Assembly (NCBI GenBank): GCA_964581635.1
Contig: CAZOPH010000002.1
Location: forward strand, 7,032-71,031
DNA from: an uncultured Smithella sp.
GTDB taxonomy: Bacteria; Desulfobacterota; Syntrophia; Syntrophales; Smithellaceae
Direction: 5' to 3'
Length of the DNA stretch: 64,000 nt
Below are positions 31,047-39,998 of the stretch, one piece after another. The position numbers were made by a program, and so were the translations under genes. Position 1 is the first letter of the stretch; each line of letters begins with the position of its first letter. Under the pieces are notes generated by a model. The model saw nothing but the letters and a program-made list of their open reading frames with translations. It was not told the DNA's origin and made no database searches.

Positions 31047-32057
31047 TTATGTCCGTCTTCCAAGTTCAAGAAGAATCTTCTGATAGAAATCTTTTTCCCG
31101 TTCCAGAAGCTTCTCCAGAACGGGCATGGCTGGAGAGAAGTCCGGTGTCTCCTCTTCGCTGATCCGCCGGAAGGCTGCGGCCATTTCGTGATAAATATCC
31201 TCAATGACAGTCATATCATCGGAGAGACGAAGTCTTTGGATGGCAGGGTATTTTTCTTCTTGTTCCTCGAGAAACTGCCGATATAGGGTGCGGAATCCGG
31301 CGCCCCCCGTTCCCCGCCGTTCAACAATTTGGTATGTAAAGCGCGCTGACCACTGCCAGTCTGCCGCCTCCTTCCAGTTGGTCAGATCTCGAATGAGCGT
31401 TTCTAACGATTTGACTCCATAGGCGGCGGGCAAACCCGGAATGCCGTTCAAGTTCTCCTCAGCCCACAGACGGATGGCACCCTGCACCACGGTTTCGTCA
31501 ATACGGAACCCCGAGAGGTCCTCAAGGGTGAAGGACTTGTTCTTTAGCAGAAAAGGTGGAAATGCGGCGCTCCGGGCACGCTCCATGTCTGTTATTGTTA
31601 CAGCGAGCGTTTCCGGATGGAGCGTATCCGAAACGTAAAACTCTTCTTTTTTATCATTGTAGCCACAGATGACCACGGCGTGGCCGGGGAAGTGCTGATC
31701 GGTATTGAAGTAGGGAAGGTAGGCGATGTCGGTCTGAACAAGAACCGGTAGGCCGCGGTCCACCGACGCTTTAGCTTGCCGTGTCGCCTCGGCGGCATTT
31801 TCTGTTTCCCGCCACTGGAATTTCAGACCTACTGCCCGAAAGAAGTTATCCTCCAGTTCAAGGCAACGCATGTGGACAAGCCGGGAAGGGAGTTGTTTAA
31901 GGATCAGGTAGAAGAATCCAGGCGCCCTCCCCAAACCGATGACAGTGGGCTCACTAACCTTGATCCCCCGGAATTCCAGGACGTTTCGGATGGCGCTAGA
32001 CGCGCAGTGAAATCCCGGTTGATGCCGGTATCCCGGAATGATCTGATTCTCGAACAT
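31047..32057 (-). CDS. BtrH_N + DUF4872-like protein (papain-like Cys/His fold)
   Basis: N-terminus GFHCASSAIRNVLEFRGIKVSE with candidate nucleophile Cys. FPGHAVVICGY is the candidate His. Family assignment is from memory of the BtrH N-terminal pattern. Confidence 0.75.
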   Translation of the reverse strand: MFENQIIPGYRHQPGFHCASSAIRNVLEFRGIKVSEPTVIGLGRAPGFFYLILKQLPSRLVHMRCLELEDNFFRAVGLKFQWRETENAAEATRQAKASVDRGLPVLVQTDIAYLPYFNTDQHFPGHAVVICGYNDKKEEFYVSDTLHPETLAVTITDMERARSAAFPPFLLKNKSFTLEDLSGFRIDETVVQGAIRLWAEENLNGIPGLPAAYGVKSLETLIRDLTNWKEAADWQWSARFTYQIVERRGTGGAGFRTLYRQFLEEQEEKYPAIQRLRLSDDMTVIEDIYHEMAAAFRRISEEETPDFSPAMPVLEKLLEREKDFYQKILLELGRRT

Positions 32058-32511
32058 GCTGATCTTCCTGCTGGGAATGCATTTCTAGCTTGTGAGAACG
32101 CTTGGGGTATTCCATTGAAACAGGTTTCCCACTCTCTCAGACTGAGGAAATGGCCATACCTGTAAATCGAAACAGTTCCCAGTTCGTTCAGTGCTAGTGT
32201 CAATTTTTTTGATTGTAACCTTGCATATTTTTGAAATATCATCAACTGAAGAGTACTGAAGAAACAAATAAAAAAATGATGTCTTTCAATATTATTGTCC
32301 TCGCCCAGTAGAAGCTTACAAATTGTTTTGATAGATACAAAAAAAAGACAGCTTCATCGGGGCTTGACAAGATGACTCCCGATGAGGTTTACTGAGTCAC
32401 AATACAGAAGTTGAAGGAAGCAGTATGAACCAGAGCCGCTAACCACTTATAACCCGCTCCAGGTTGTCTAAAGAAAACAGACCACCTCTGTTGAAAGAAT
32501 AACTCCTATCA

Positions 32512-35500
32512 ATGGAGCTAAAGATGGAAAACGCTCGGAAGCAATATCTTTTAAGACAACAAGAAGAAGATTCATCTTATGTAGGCCAAAGTTCACATAC
32601 TGATAAGCTAAAAGTCTTAAAAATACAGCGCACCTGTGTTCATGACGGCCCCGGAATCCGCACAACGATTTTCTTTCAGGGGTGCGGATTGAGGTGCTTG
32701 TGGTGCCAGAATCCGGAAGCGCTGTCATTCCATCCCGACCTAGCGCCAGACAGGGATTATTCGATTTCCGACATAATCGAACTTGTTTTGAGAGACAAGG
32801 ATTATTACTACAAAACAAACGGCGGGGTGACCCTGAGCGGCGGCGATCCTTTATTCCAGGACACGGATAGCCTGATGCCTTTACTGGAATCGTTAACGAA
32901 AGAGAACATACATGTGGCCGTTGAAACTTCCCTTCACGCACCTTGGGGAAATGTAGAGAAATTGGCGCCTTACGTAGATCTGTTTCTTGTTGACTTGAAG
33001 ATTGTCGGTGATGACGGCCTCCATAAGAAGTACACCAAGCAGGACAGCAAACTTATCCAAGATAATATAGAGAAACTGATTGCTTTAAACGCCAAGGTTA
33101 AATTCCGCATGGTGATGGTGCCGGGTTACAACGATAGAGAAAGCAATATTAAAGCGACTGCGGATTTCTTGAAGTCTGTCCATCACAACTCCATCGAGCT
33201 GCTGAAATACAACAACATGTATGAAGAGCAAGCCAGGCGTCTCGGATTGGTAACACAATCGTTGAATATCACAAATGACCAAAGTCTTACCTCTGTAAAA
33301 AAAGCCGTTGAATTATTTGAATATCTTGTCATCAAAGCCGAGTGTTATGATCTGGATGCTTCCAGACACAAAGCCGTTTTTCCCAAGCGCGTTTATGACA
33401 TACAAAACGCCATCAGAGAAAGTGGCAGGGGTCTCTGTTTTGAAGTATCCAGACTGAAGACAGATTACTACAAGAAGAATGGTTTTGAAAAACCGAACCC
33501 GATTCACAGAGCGGAACGTCTGTCTTATGTTCTGGCCAACAAAAGTGTTGTCATCTATCCTCAGGAACTGCTTGTCGGCAATTTCACCGCCAAGAGATGC
33601 GCTGGTCAAATATGGGAAGAGCACTATGGCGCTCTCTTTGCTTCGATTCTCCATCAGATCCATCGCCAGAAACCGGTTCCATTCCAGTGTTCCTGGGAGG
33701 ACAGACTCAACTTCTTTTATAGAACACTTCCTTTCTGGATGAGACACTGCCTTTTAATGAAGGTAAATAACTCCATTTCCAAGTTTATATCAGCTATTGC
33801 ACGCTCTTCCGAGAACGTTGCGGGATTCAATAATAACATGGCCGCAATCGCTCATTTTAACGTCAACTTCGATCGCATGCTTCAGTTGGGAACCACAGGA
33901 ATCATAAAAGAGATTGAAATCGCGCGAAAAGGAAAGCCTGGCATTAGCCAGGCCTTCTACGAGGGAGCAATCATCGGCCTCAAGGCTTTGGAAACGTTTG
34001 CCGCACGTTACGCCGACAGCCTGAAAAAGCTGAGCCGGGAAGAATCGGATACGGGACGCCGCCAAGAATTGGAAGAAATGGCTGCGATCTGCAGGCATGT
34101 TCCCAAATACCCTGCCCGCACGTTCCATGAAGCGCTCCAGAGTATGATGTTTTTGCAGATCGCGATTTGTACAGAATCCTATGAAAATGCGATATCCCAT
34201 GGACGCCTCGATCAGGTATTATATCCCTACTATAAAAAGGATAAAGAGGCCGGTGTCATTGATTACGATAAGGCGAAAGAACTGCTGGCCTTATATATTC
34301 TCAAAATGGACGAAGCCATCCTGGTCAATGATGGCGATACCTATCTGAGAATCGGAAGACTCTTCGAAACGATGTCCACCGATCAGGCTGTAACAGCCGG
34401 AGGTCTTGGCAGAGACGGTAGAGATGCCACCAATGATGTTACTTATATGCTTCTCGATATTTGCGAACTGCAACCTTACGCCTGCAATATGGCAGCCAGA
34501 ATTCATAAAGACAGCCCTCCCGAATATCTGGATAGGCTTGCGGAGATATATATAAATGGCGCACCCATGCCTGCTTTGTATAATGATGAAATTTATCTGA
34601 AAACTTTGGCAAAGCATTACCCTGCCACCCCCGTAGAGGATGCTAGGAATTACGCGATAATCGGGTGCGTTGAACCAAATGTTTCGGATGATCATTTTGG
34701 TAATACCGACTGCGCCAATGTGAACGTTGCCTTGCCTTTCTTACAGGCCCTGAAAGGCGAAGAAGACGATCTGTGGAACGTCGGCCTGGTCGATCAACTG
34801 GAAAAAATGACCACGAAGTTCTTCGAATACAATTGCAGAAGAAACAATAAATATTCTCACTATGTTCTGGCAAAATATATGAACACCCGGAAACGTTTCA
34901 AGCGGAAGAGAGCCTCCACACCTAAGCCACCTGCGAACATGGATGAGTTGCTTCAACGCTTTCAGGTACGTTTGAATCATCTGATCAACGCCATCTTGGT
35001 CGATCACCAGAATATTGAAAAGGTGATTCGTGAAAACTTTACAACGCCCCTTTCATCAGCACTCTTTAAGGGTTGTATTGAAAGCGGAAAAGACCTGTGC
35101 GAAGGCGGCGCAACGATAAACAGCAGCGGCATTCAGGCGATTGGGATTACGGATGTTGCGGATTCGTTATTGGCCATTAACGAGGTGGTATATAAACAGA
35201 AGCGGTATTCAATTCATGACATCATCAACGCCATAGACAACAACTTCGAGGGGGAAGATTATCAGCAGATCAGATTGTCATTACTCGACGTTCCGAAATT
35301 TGGTCATGACGGTTCGTGTGAAGCAATCGCTTGGGTAAACAAAACATTGCAGATTTATGTGAACGCATTGAACTCGGTCGAGAACTGTCCTAGAGGCGGC
35401 ATATATACTGCTGGATATTACGCTTTGAATGTAAATGATGTTTACGGAAAGAAAACGCCTGCGTTGCCTTCAGGGAGATTGAGCGGCGTTTCTCTTGCTA

Positions 35501-35865
35501 ATAGTATTACGCCTCATTATGGAATGCAGACGACCGATTTATTGTCATCACTGAATGCTGTCGCCGATGTTGATTTTGCAACCTATGCTTCCAATGGCAC
35601 CACCGTTACGTTCACGGTTGACTCGGCGCTGTTCCAAGGTCCGGATGGAGTCAGAAACCTCTCAGGGATAATTAGGACATACTTTGACAAAGGCGGCATG
35701 CAGTTTCAGCCAAACGTAATCAACAGACAGATATTACTGGACGCATACGACCATCCGGGAAAATACCCGAATCTTCTGATTCGTGTTGCCGGTTACTGCT
35801 CATACTTCAATGAACTTTCGGATGATTTGAAAAAGATCATCATAAACAGAACCTGTTATTGTTAG
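32512..35865 (+). CDS. Fusion protein: glycyl-radical-enzyme activating enzyme (radical SAM, PflA type) at the N-terminus and a PFL2/glycerol-dehydratase-class glycyl radical enzyme at the C-terminus
   Basis: Single uninterrupted 1117-aa ORF. Activase part: VHDGPGIRTTIFFQGCGLRCLWCQNPE (CX3CX2C = C58/C62/C65, nt 32683-32706) and GGVTLSGGDPL. GRE part: thiyl loop IIGCVEPN (C719/E721, nt 34666-34674), CEGGATINSSG, PKFGHDG, and the C-terminal glycyl radical motif LIRVAGYCSYF (G1094, nt 35791-35793). Confidence 0.92.
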   Translation: MELKMENARKQYLLRQQEEDSSYVGQSSHTDKLKVLKIQRTCVHDGPGIRTTIFFQGCGLRCLWCQNPEALSFHPDLAPDRDYSISDIIELVLRDKDYYYKTNGGVTLSGGDPLFQDTDSLMPLLESLTKENIHVAVETSLHAPWGNVEKLAPYVDLFLVDLKIVGDDGLHKKYTKQDSKLIQDNIEKLIALNAKVKFRMVMVPGYNDRESNIKATADFLKSVHHNSIELLKYNNMYEEQARRLGLVTQSLNITNDQSLTSVKKAVELFEYLVIKAECYDLDASRHKAVFPKRVYDIQNAIRESGRGLCFEVSRLKTDYYKKNGFEKPNPIHRAERLSYVLANKSVVIYPQELLVGNFTAKRCAGQIWEEHYGALFASILHQIHRQKPVPFQCSWEDRLNFFYRTLPFWMRHCLLMKVNNSISKFISAIARSSENVAGFNNNMAAIAHFNVNFDRMLQLGTTGIIKEIEIARKGKPGISQAFYEGAIIGLKALETFAARYADSLKKLSREESDTGRRQELEEMAAICRHVPKYPARTFHEALQSMMFLQIAICTESYENAISHGRLDQVLYPYYKKDKEAGVIDYDKAKELLALYILKMDEAILVNDGDTYLRIGRLFETMSTDQAVTAGGLGRDGRDATNDVTYMLLDICELQPYACNMAARIHKDSPPEYLDRLAEIYINGAPMPALYNDEIYLKTLAKHYPATPVEDARNYAIIGCVEPNVSDDHFGNTDCANVNVALPFLQALKGEEDDLWNVGLVDQLEKMTTKFFEYNCRRNNKYSHYVLAKYMNTRKRFKRKRASTPKPPANMDELLQRFQVRLNHLINAILVDHQNIEKVIRENFTTPLSSALFKGCIESGKDLCEGGATINSSGIQAIGITDVADSLLAINEVVYKQKRYSIHDIINAIDNNFEGEDYQQIRLSLLDVPKFGHDGSCEAIAWVNKTLQIYVNALNSVENCPRGGIYTAGYYALNVNDVYGKKTPALPSGRLSGVSLANSITPHYGMQTTDLLSSLNAVADVDFATYASNGTTVTFTVDSALFQGPDGVRNLSGIIRTYFDKGGMQFQPNVINRQILLDAYDHPGKYPNLLIRVAGYCSYFNELSDDLKKIIINRTCYC

Positions 35866-36003
35866 ACTCGGATTATTTATTAGAGGAACACTTTTGTAGT
35901 TATGATAATGTTTGGCAGAAGATGTTATTAAAATTTTGCTTTATTTGGACCTCAAAAACACTAAATAGGCCCACAGAAGAATATTAAGCAGACAGGAGAA
36001 TTA

Positions 36004-36708
36004 ATGGCTAAAATAAATTTTATCATTACTGCGGCATTTGTGCTTTTGATCATTGCTTCAACCAGCTTTGCTGACGGCAAGTACCAATGGAAACTTGCCG
36101 ATACTGAAGATGGATGCCAGATCTATACAAGTGTGGTTGCCGGCAGAGATTATGTCGCGTCCAAAGCCACCTGCGTTATCCCCGCCAGAATAGAAGTAAT
36201 CGGCATGGTCCTCAGGGATATTGCTAACTATCCGGCATGGATGCAAGATTGCAAAGAAACAAAAATATTAAAAGTTGTAGATGATGTAAACGATGTTTTT
36301 GTATTCTGGTTCCGTCAGCATATTACGCTGCTTACAGACAGGGATATGGTCATAAAAAGCAAAACAATCATTAGCACTGAAAAAGGTCAAAATCTTATTT
36401 TCGCTGACGCAACGAATGAAATTCCCTACGACCCCGGCAAAGGATATGTCCGAATGCCTTCCTTTCATTCATGGTTTATCCTTGAGTGGATAGATCGGGA
36501 ACACACCAGGGTAACATTTATGATAGATCCAGACCTTGGCAAAGGGATACCAATCGGGATTGCTAACAACACAATCAAATCGACGCCATTCAAAACTTTA
36601 AAAAAAATGACGAAAATGGTGAAACTGAGCAAATATGTTGAATCGGCCAAGATATCTAAATACAATAAGTTTGCTGAGGAATATGTGAAGGCTGGGCATA
36701 AGCAGTAA
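36004..36708 (+). CDS. Secreted START/SRPBCC-like lipid-binding domain protein
   Basis: Signal peptide MAKINFIITAAFVLLIIASTSFA. The body pattern (W..L....G..IY......., RDMV.. block) resembles bacterial START domains. Assigned from memory. Confidence 0.65.
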   Translation: MAKINFIITAAFVLLIIASTSFADGKYQWKLADTEDGCQIYTSVVAGRDYVASKATCVIPARIEVIGMVLRDIANYPAWMQDCKETKILKVVDDVNDVFVFWFRQHITLLTDRDMVIKSKTIISTEKGQNLIFADATNEIPYDPGKGYVRMPSFHSWFILEWIDREHTRVTFMIDPDLGKGIPIGIANNTIKSTPFKTLKKMTKMVKLSKYVESAKISKYNKFAEEYVKAGHKQ

Positions 36709-36779
36709 CACCACCACAATACTCTAAAGTAACATGTGGTACAAATATCGAAAGCACGTCAGGCCAAGGAGAGGCAACT

Positions 36780-38369
36780 ATGAAAGAAAAAAATCTTATT
36801 CTTGCTGTTGATGTTGGTACCACTGCGACGAAAGCGGTAATCGTAAGCCCTGATGGATACATAGGTTCCGGTCAATCAACCTGTAGTCTCTCCTATCCGG
36901 ACAAGTCGTGCGTTGAGCAGTCGCCGCTGGAGATATCGGATGCCATATATAATGCCAGCAGAGATGTTCTTGCTGCGCATCCTGATCTGGCCGGAAGGCT
37001 AGCCGGCCTCGTGTTCACGAGCCAGATGCAAAACACCGTTCCGGTGGGCAAGGACGGAAAGCCTCTCATGAACATGCTCTCTTGGATGGATGAACGTGCT
37101 GCCTGTTTCACGCAGGAAGAAATGTTTAAAGGTCTTGTCAAGATTGAAGGCTACCCCATCTTAAAACTTCTCAAATTCATGAGAATAACCGGCGGCGCAC
37201 CCGGGAAAACAGGGAAGGATACTGTGTGCAAGCTTGCCTGGTTAAAAAAATACAAGCCGGACTTGTATCAATCAGTCCATAAATTTCTGGACGCAAAAGA
37301 TTATGCCATTTTTCTTGCAACCGGTCATTATGTGACTTCATACGACATGGCAAACGTCACCTGGCTCATGGATACGCGCAATAAGGACCAGGGGAAGTGG
37401 GTCTGGTCGGAAGATATTCATAAAATGTATGGACTCGATTCACGCAAAATGCCTGAGCTAAGGGCATCAACGGCAATCGCAGGCCATGTCACGGCGGATT
37501 ATTCTACAAAAACCGGCGTTCCAATCGGCCTTCCTGTCGTGAACGGGTCCGGCGACTTACTTGCATCGGCTATTGGCTCCGGCGCGATTGAGATGGGAAA
37601 CATGCACGTTAATATCGGCACAGCCGGTTGGGTCGCCACTCACCACCCTGGGACTGCTGTCGATACACAACATTACGTGGGGGCAATCGTATCGGGAATT
37701 CCAGGTAGGTTCCTGTTGATCAGCAAGCAGGAAACACTGGGTGCGGCTTTGGACTGGCTTAAGGACATGCTGTATCCTTCCGAGCTCATGCAGGGAAAAT
37801 CAACCTCTGAAATATACGAGATAATGGACAAAGAAGCGGCCAACTCGCCCCCTGGCGGGAATCATGTCATCTTAACTCCTTGGCTTTTCGGGGAGCGATC
37901 ACCCATCAATAATCCGTACCTGCGAGGGCAGATATTCAACATTCGCATGAATACAACACGGGCCGATCTCTGCAGGTCCGCGATGGAAGGGGTTGCATTT
38001 AATATCCGCTGGGGAATGGAATTCGTGGAAAAGATGTCATTGAAAAAAAGTAAACCGACCACCGATGAAGTCCGATTTATCGGCGGCGCTTCAAAGAGCA
38101 ACGTATGGTGTCAGATCTTAGCGGATGTTTTGCAGAAGCCGATTGTGCAAATGATGAATCCCCAGATGGCATCCGCGCAGGGTGCTGCGGCCATCGCGAT
38201 GGTTTCCTTTGGAATTTACAAGAATTTCAGCGCAATAAACAGGATGCTAAAGAAAGGAAACTCTTTCAAACCGAATCCTGGTAACAAGGCGATGTATGAC
38301 AATCTTTATAAACACTATCAAGCGTTGTATAAAAACAATAAAAGCAGTTTCAAAGATCTCAATCATTAA
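36780..38369 (+). CDS. FGGY-family carbohydrate/polyol kinase (xylulokinase-like rather than GlpK-like)
   Basis: N-terminal LAVDVGTTATKAVIV. Mid-region GSGDLLASAIGSG. C-terminal FIGGASKSNVWCQILADVL. Confidence 0.9.
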   Translation: MKEKNLILAVDVGTTATKAVIVSPDGYIGSGQSTCSLSYPDKSCVEQSPLEISDAIYNASRDVLAAHPDLAGRLAGLVFTSQMQNTVPVGKDGKPLMNMLSWMDERAACFTQEEMFKGLVKIEGYPILKLLKFMRITGGAPGKTGKDTVCKLAWLKKYKPDLYQSVHKFLDAKDYAIFLATGHYVTSYDMANVTWLMDTRNKDQGKWVWSEDIHKMYGLDSRKMPELRASTAIAGHVTADYSTKTGVPIGLPVVNGSGDLLASAIGSGAIEMGNMHVNIGTAGWVATHHPGTAVDTQHYVGAIVSGIPGRFLLISKQETLGAALDWLKDMLYPSELMQGKSTSEIYEIMDKEAANSPPGGNHVILTPWLFGERSPINNPYLRGQIFNIRMNTTRADLCRSAMEGVAFNIRWGMEFVEKMSLKKSKPTTDEVRFIGGASKSNVWCQILADVLQKPIVQMMNPQMASAQGAAAIAMVSFGIYKNFSAINRMLKKGNSFKPNPGNKAMYDNLYKHYQALYKNNKSSFKDLNH

Positions 38370-38378
38370 GGTGTATTT

Positions 38379-39998
38379 ATGATGAAGCGTTTCATGGATG
38401 ACTACAAGAACGAATCATTCGATGTTCTCGTTATCGGAGGGGGTATTACGGGCGCCGCTGTTGCCTACGATGCTGCGAGCAGGGGGCTGAGCGTTGCGCT
38501 TGTGGAAAAAAGCGATTTCGGCTGGGCGACATCCGCCGCAACTTCCAAAGTAATCCACGGCGGCTTGCGATACCTGAAAACCTTCGAATTCGGCCTTGTG
38601 CGCGAGTCTCTTAGTGAACGCAGAATTATGGGGAATATAGCCCCTAACTTTGTCTATCCCACTCCATTCATGTTCGTCAATCCAACATTGGTCATGAAGA
38701 TCGGTCTTTTCGTTTACGATCTGCTCGCGTTCGATAAAAAATTCACATGGGACAAAAGCAAGAAAATCCCTAATCATTATTCCCTGTCTAAAGAAGAAGT
38801 TATTGAGAGGGTGCCGAACGTTAAACGCGAGGGTTTGCAAGGGGCCCGGGTCTATTATGACAGCCTCAATATTTTTCCCGAGCGGTTGACGCTAACATTT
38901 ATCAAATCGGCCATTCATTATGGAGCAAGAGTTTCAAACTATACCGAGGTGCAAGATTTTTTCGTAAAAGAGGGCAATAAGGTTTCCGGTATCGTGGTGC
39001 GGGATCTTGTGAACAACAGATCGCACACTATCAAAGGAAAACTAATCATCAACTGCTCCGGACCCTGGGCAGACATTGTCCTCAGACTGGCCAAAAAAGG
39101 TGATTCGCAAGGTAAGATCCGTCGCTCCGAAGGGATCCACCTCATTGTAACAAATCTCATCAATAACCAGGCCGTCGGCACCATGACGAAGACAGGCCAT
39201 TTTTTTCTAATACCCTGGCGCGGGCATTCATTAATTGGAACGACAGACAAGGAGTATCCAGGAACTCCGGATGACTATCACGTGACCAGGCAAAGCATCC
39301 AGGATCTGCTGGATACGGTGAACATGGATTTCGGCAACAATAATCCCCTTCAATATCAGGATGTGTTGTTTTCATACGGCGGTTTGCGTCCACTTCTCGA
39401 TACAAGGGGAGAGGATGTGCACACCATTACCCGTAAATACGAGATTTATGACCATTCAGATGAAGGACTTCCGGGCCTTATAACCGTGGAGGGCGGTAAG
39501 TTCACCACCAGCCGCAATCTCGCGCAGAATGTTTTAAATACGGTGGAAAAGAGACTGGGGAGAAGACTCGGCAAGTGTATAACTCATAAACAACGGCTTA
39601 TCGGTTGCGAGATAAAAGACATTAAAATATTTGTTGATTCTATAAAAAAAGAAAACAGTGATTTTAAAAATACGACCGTTGAATACCTCGGCAGAAATTA
39701 CGGTACTGAATTTGACAAGGTCCTGACGCTTGCGCGACAGGATAAAAAGCTTGCAGAAATTGTAAATAGTGACGGCGAAATACTGGCTCAAGTCGTTTAC
39801 GCCGTCCGCGAAGAAATGGCCCAATCGCTTGCCGATATTGTTCTGAGAAGAACCGGGATTGGTACCTTGGGAAATCCGGGAAGGGAAGTCCTGGAGAAAG
39901 TTGCTGCTGTTGCCGCACAAGAGTTGAATTGGGATGTCTCAAGGATTTCCCGGGAGATCGAAGAGGTTGAAAGAATATTACAGATTCCACGAGCATGA
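38379..39998 (+). CDS. FAD-dependent glycerol-3-phosphate dehydrogenase-like oxidoreductase (GlpD/GlpA family)
   Basis: [53 protein letters not shown], plus a C-terminal alpha-glycerophosphate-oxidase-type domain. Confidence 0.87.
   Translation: MMKRFMDDYKNESFDVLVIGGGITGAAVAYDAASRGLSVALVEKSDFGWATSAATSKVIHGGLRYLKTFEFGLVRESLSERRIMGNIAPNFVYPTPFMFVNPTLVMKIGLFVYDLLAFDKKFTWDKSKKIPNHYSLSKEEVIERVPNVKREGLQGARVYYDSLNIFPERLTLTFIKSAIHYGARVSNYTEVQDFFVKEGNKVSGIVVRDLVNNRSHTIKGKLIINCSGPWADIVLRLAKKGDSQGKIRRSEGIHLIVTNLINNQAVGTMTKTGHFFLIPWRGHSLIGTTDKEYPGTPDDYHVTRQSIQDLLDTVNMDFGNNNPLQYQDVLFSYGGLRPLLDTRGEDVHTITRKYEIYDHSDEGLPGLITVEGGKFTTSRNLAQNVLNTVEKRLGRRLGKCITHKQRLIGCEIKDIKIFVDSIKKENSDFKNTTVEYLGRNYGTEFDKVLTLARQDKKLAEIVNSDGEILAQVVYAVREEMAQSLADIVLRRTGIGTLGNPGREVLEKVAAVAAQELNWDVSRISREIEEVERILQIPRA

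Noticed and set aside
35900-35960. Sigma-54 promoter-like TGGCAG upstream of the START-like gene. A similar TGGC/TTGCC string occurs at ~14135-14155.
   Set aside because: The GG-N10-GC spacing of the -24/-12 elements is not satisfied in either case.
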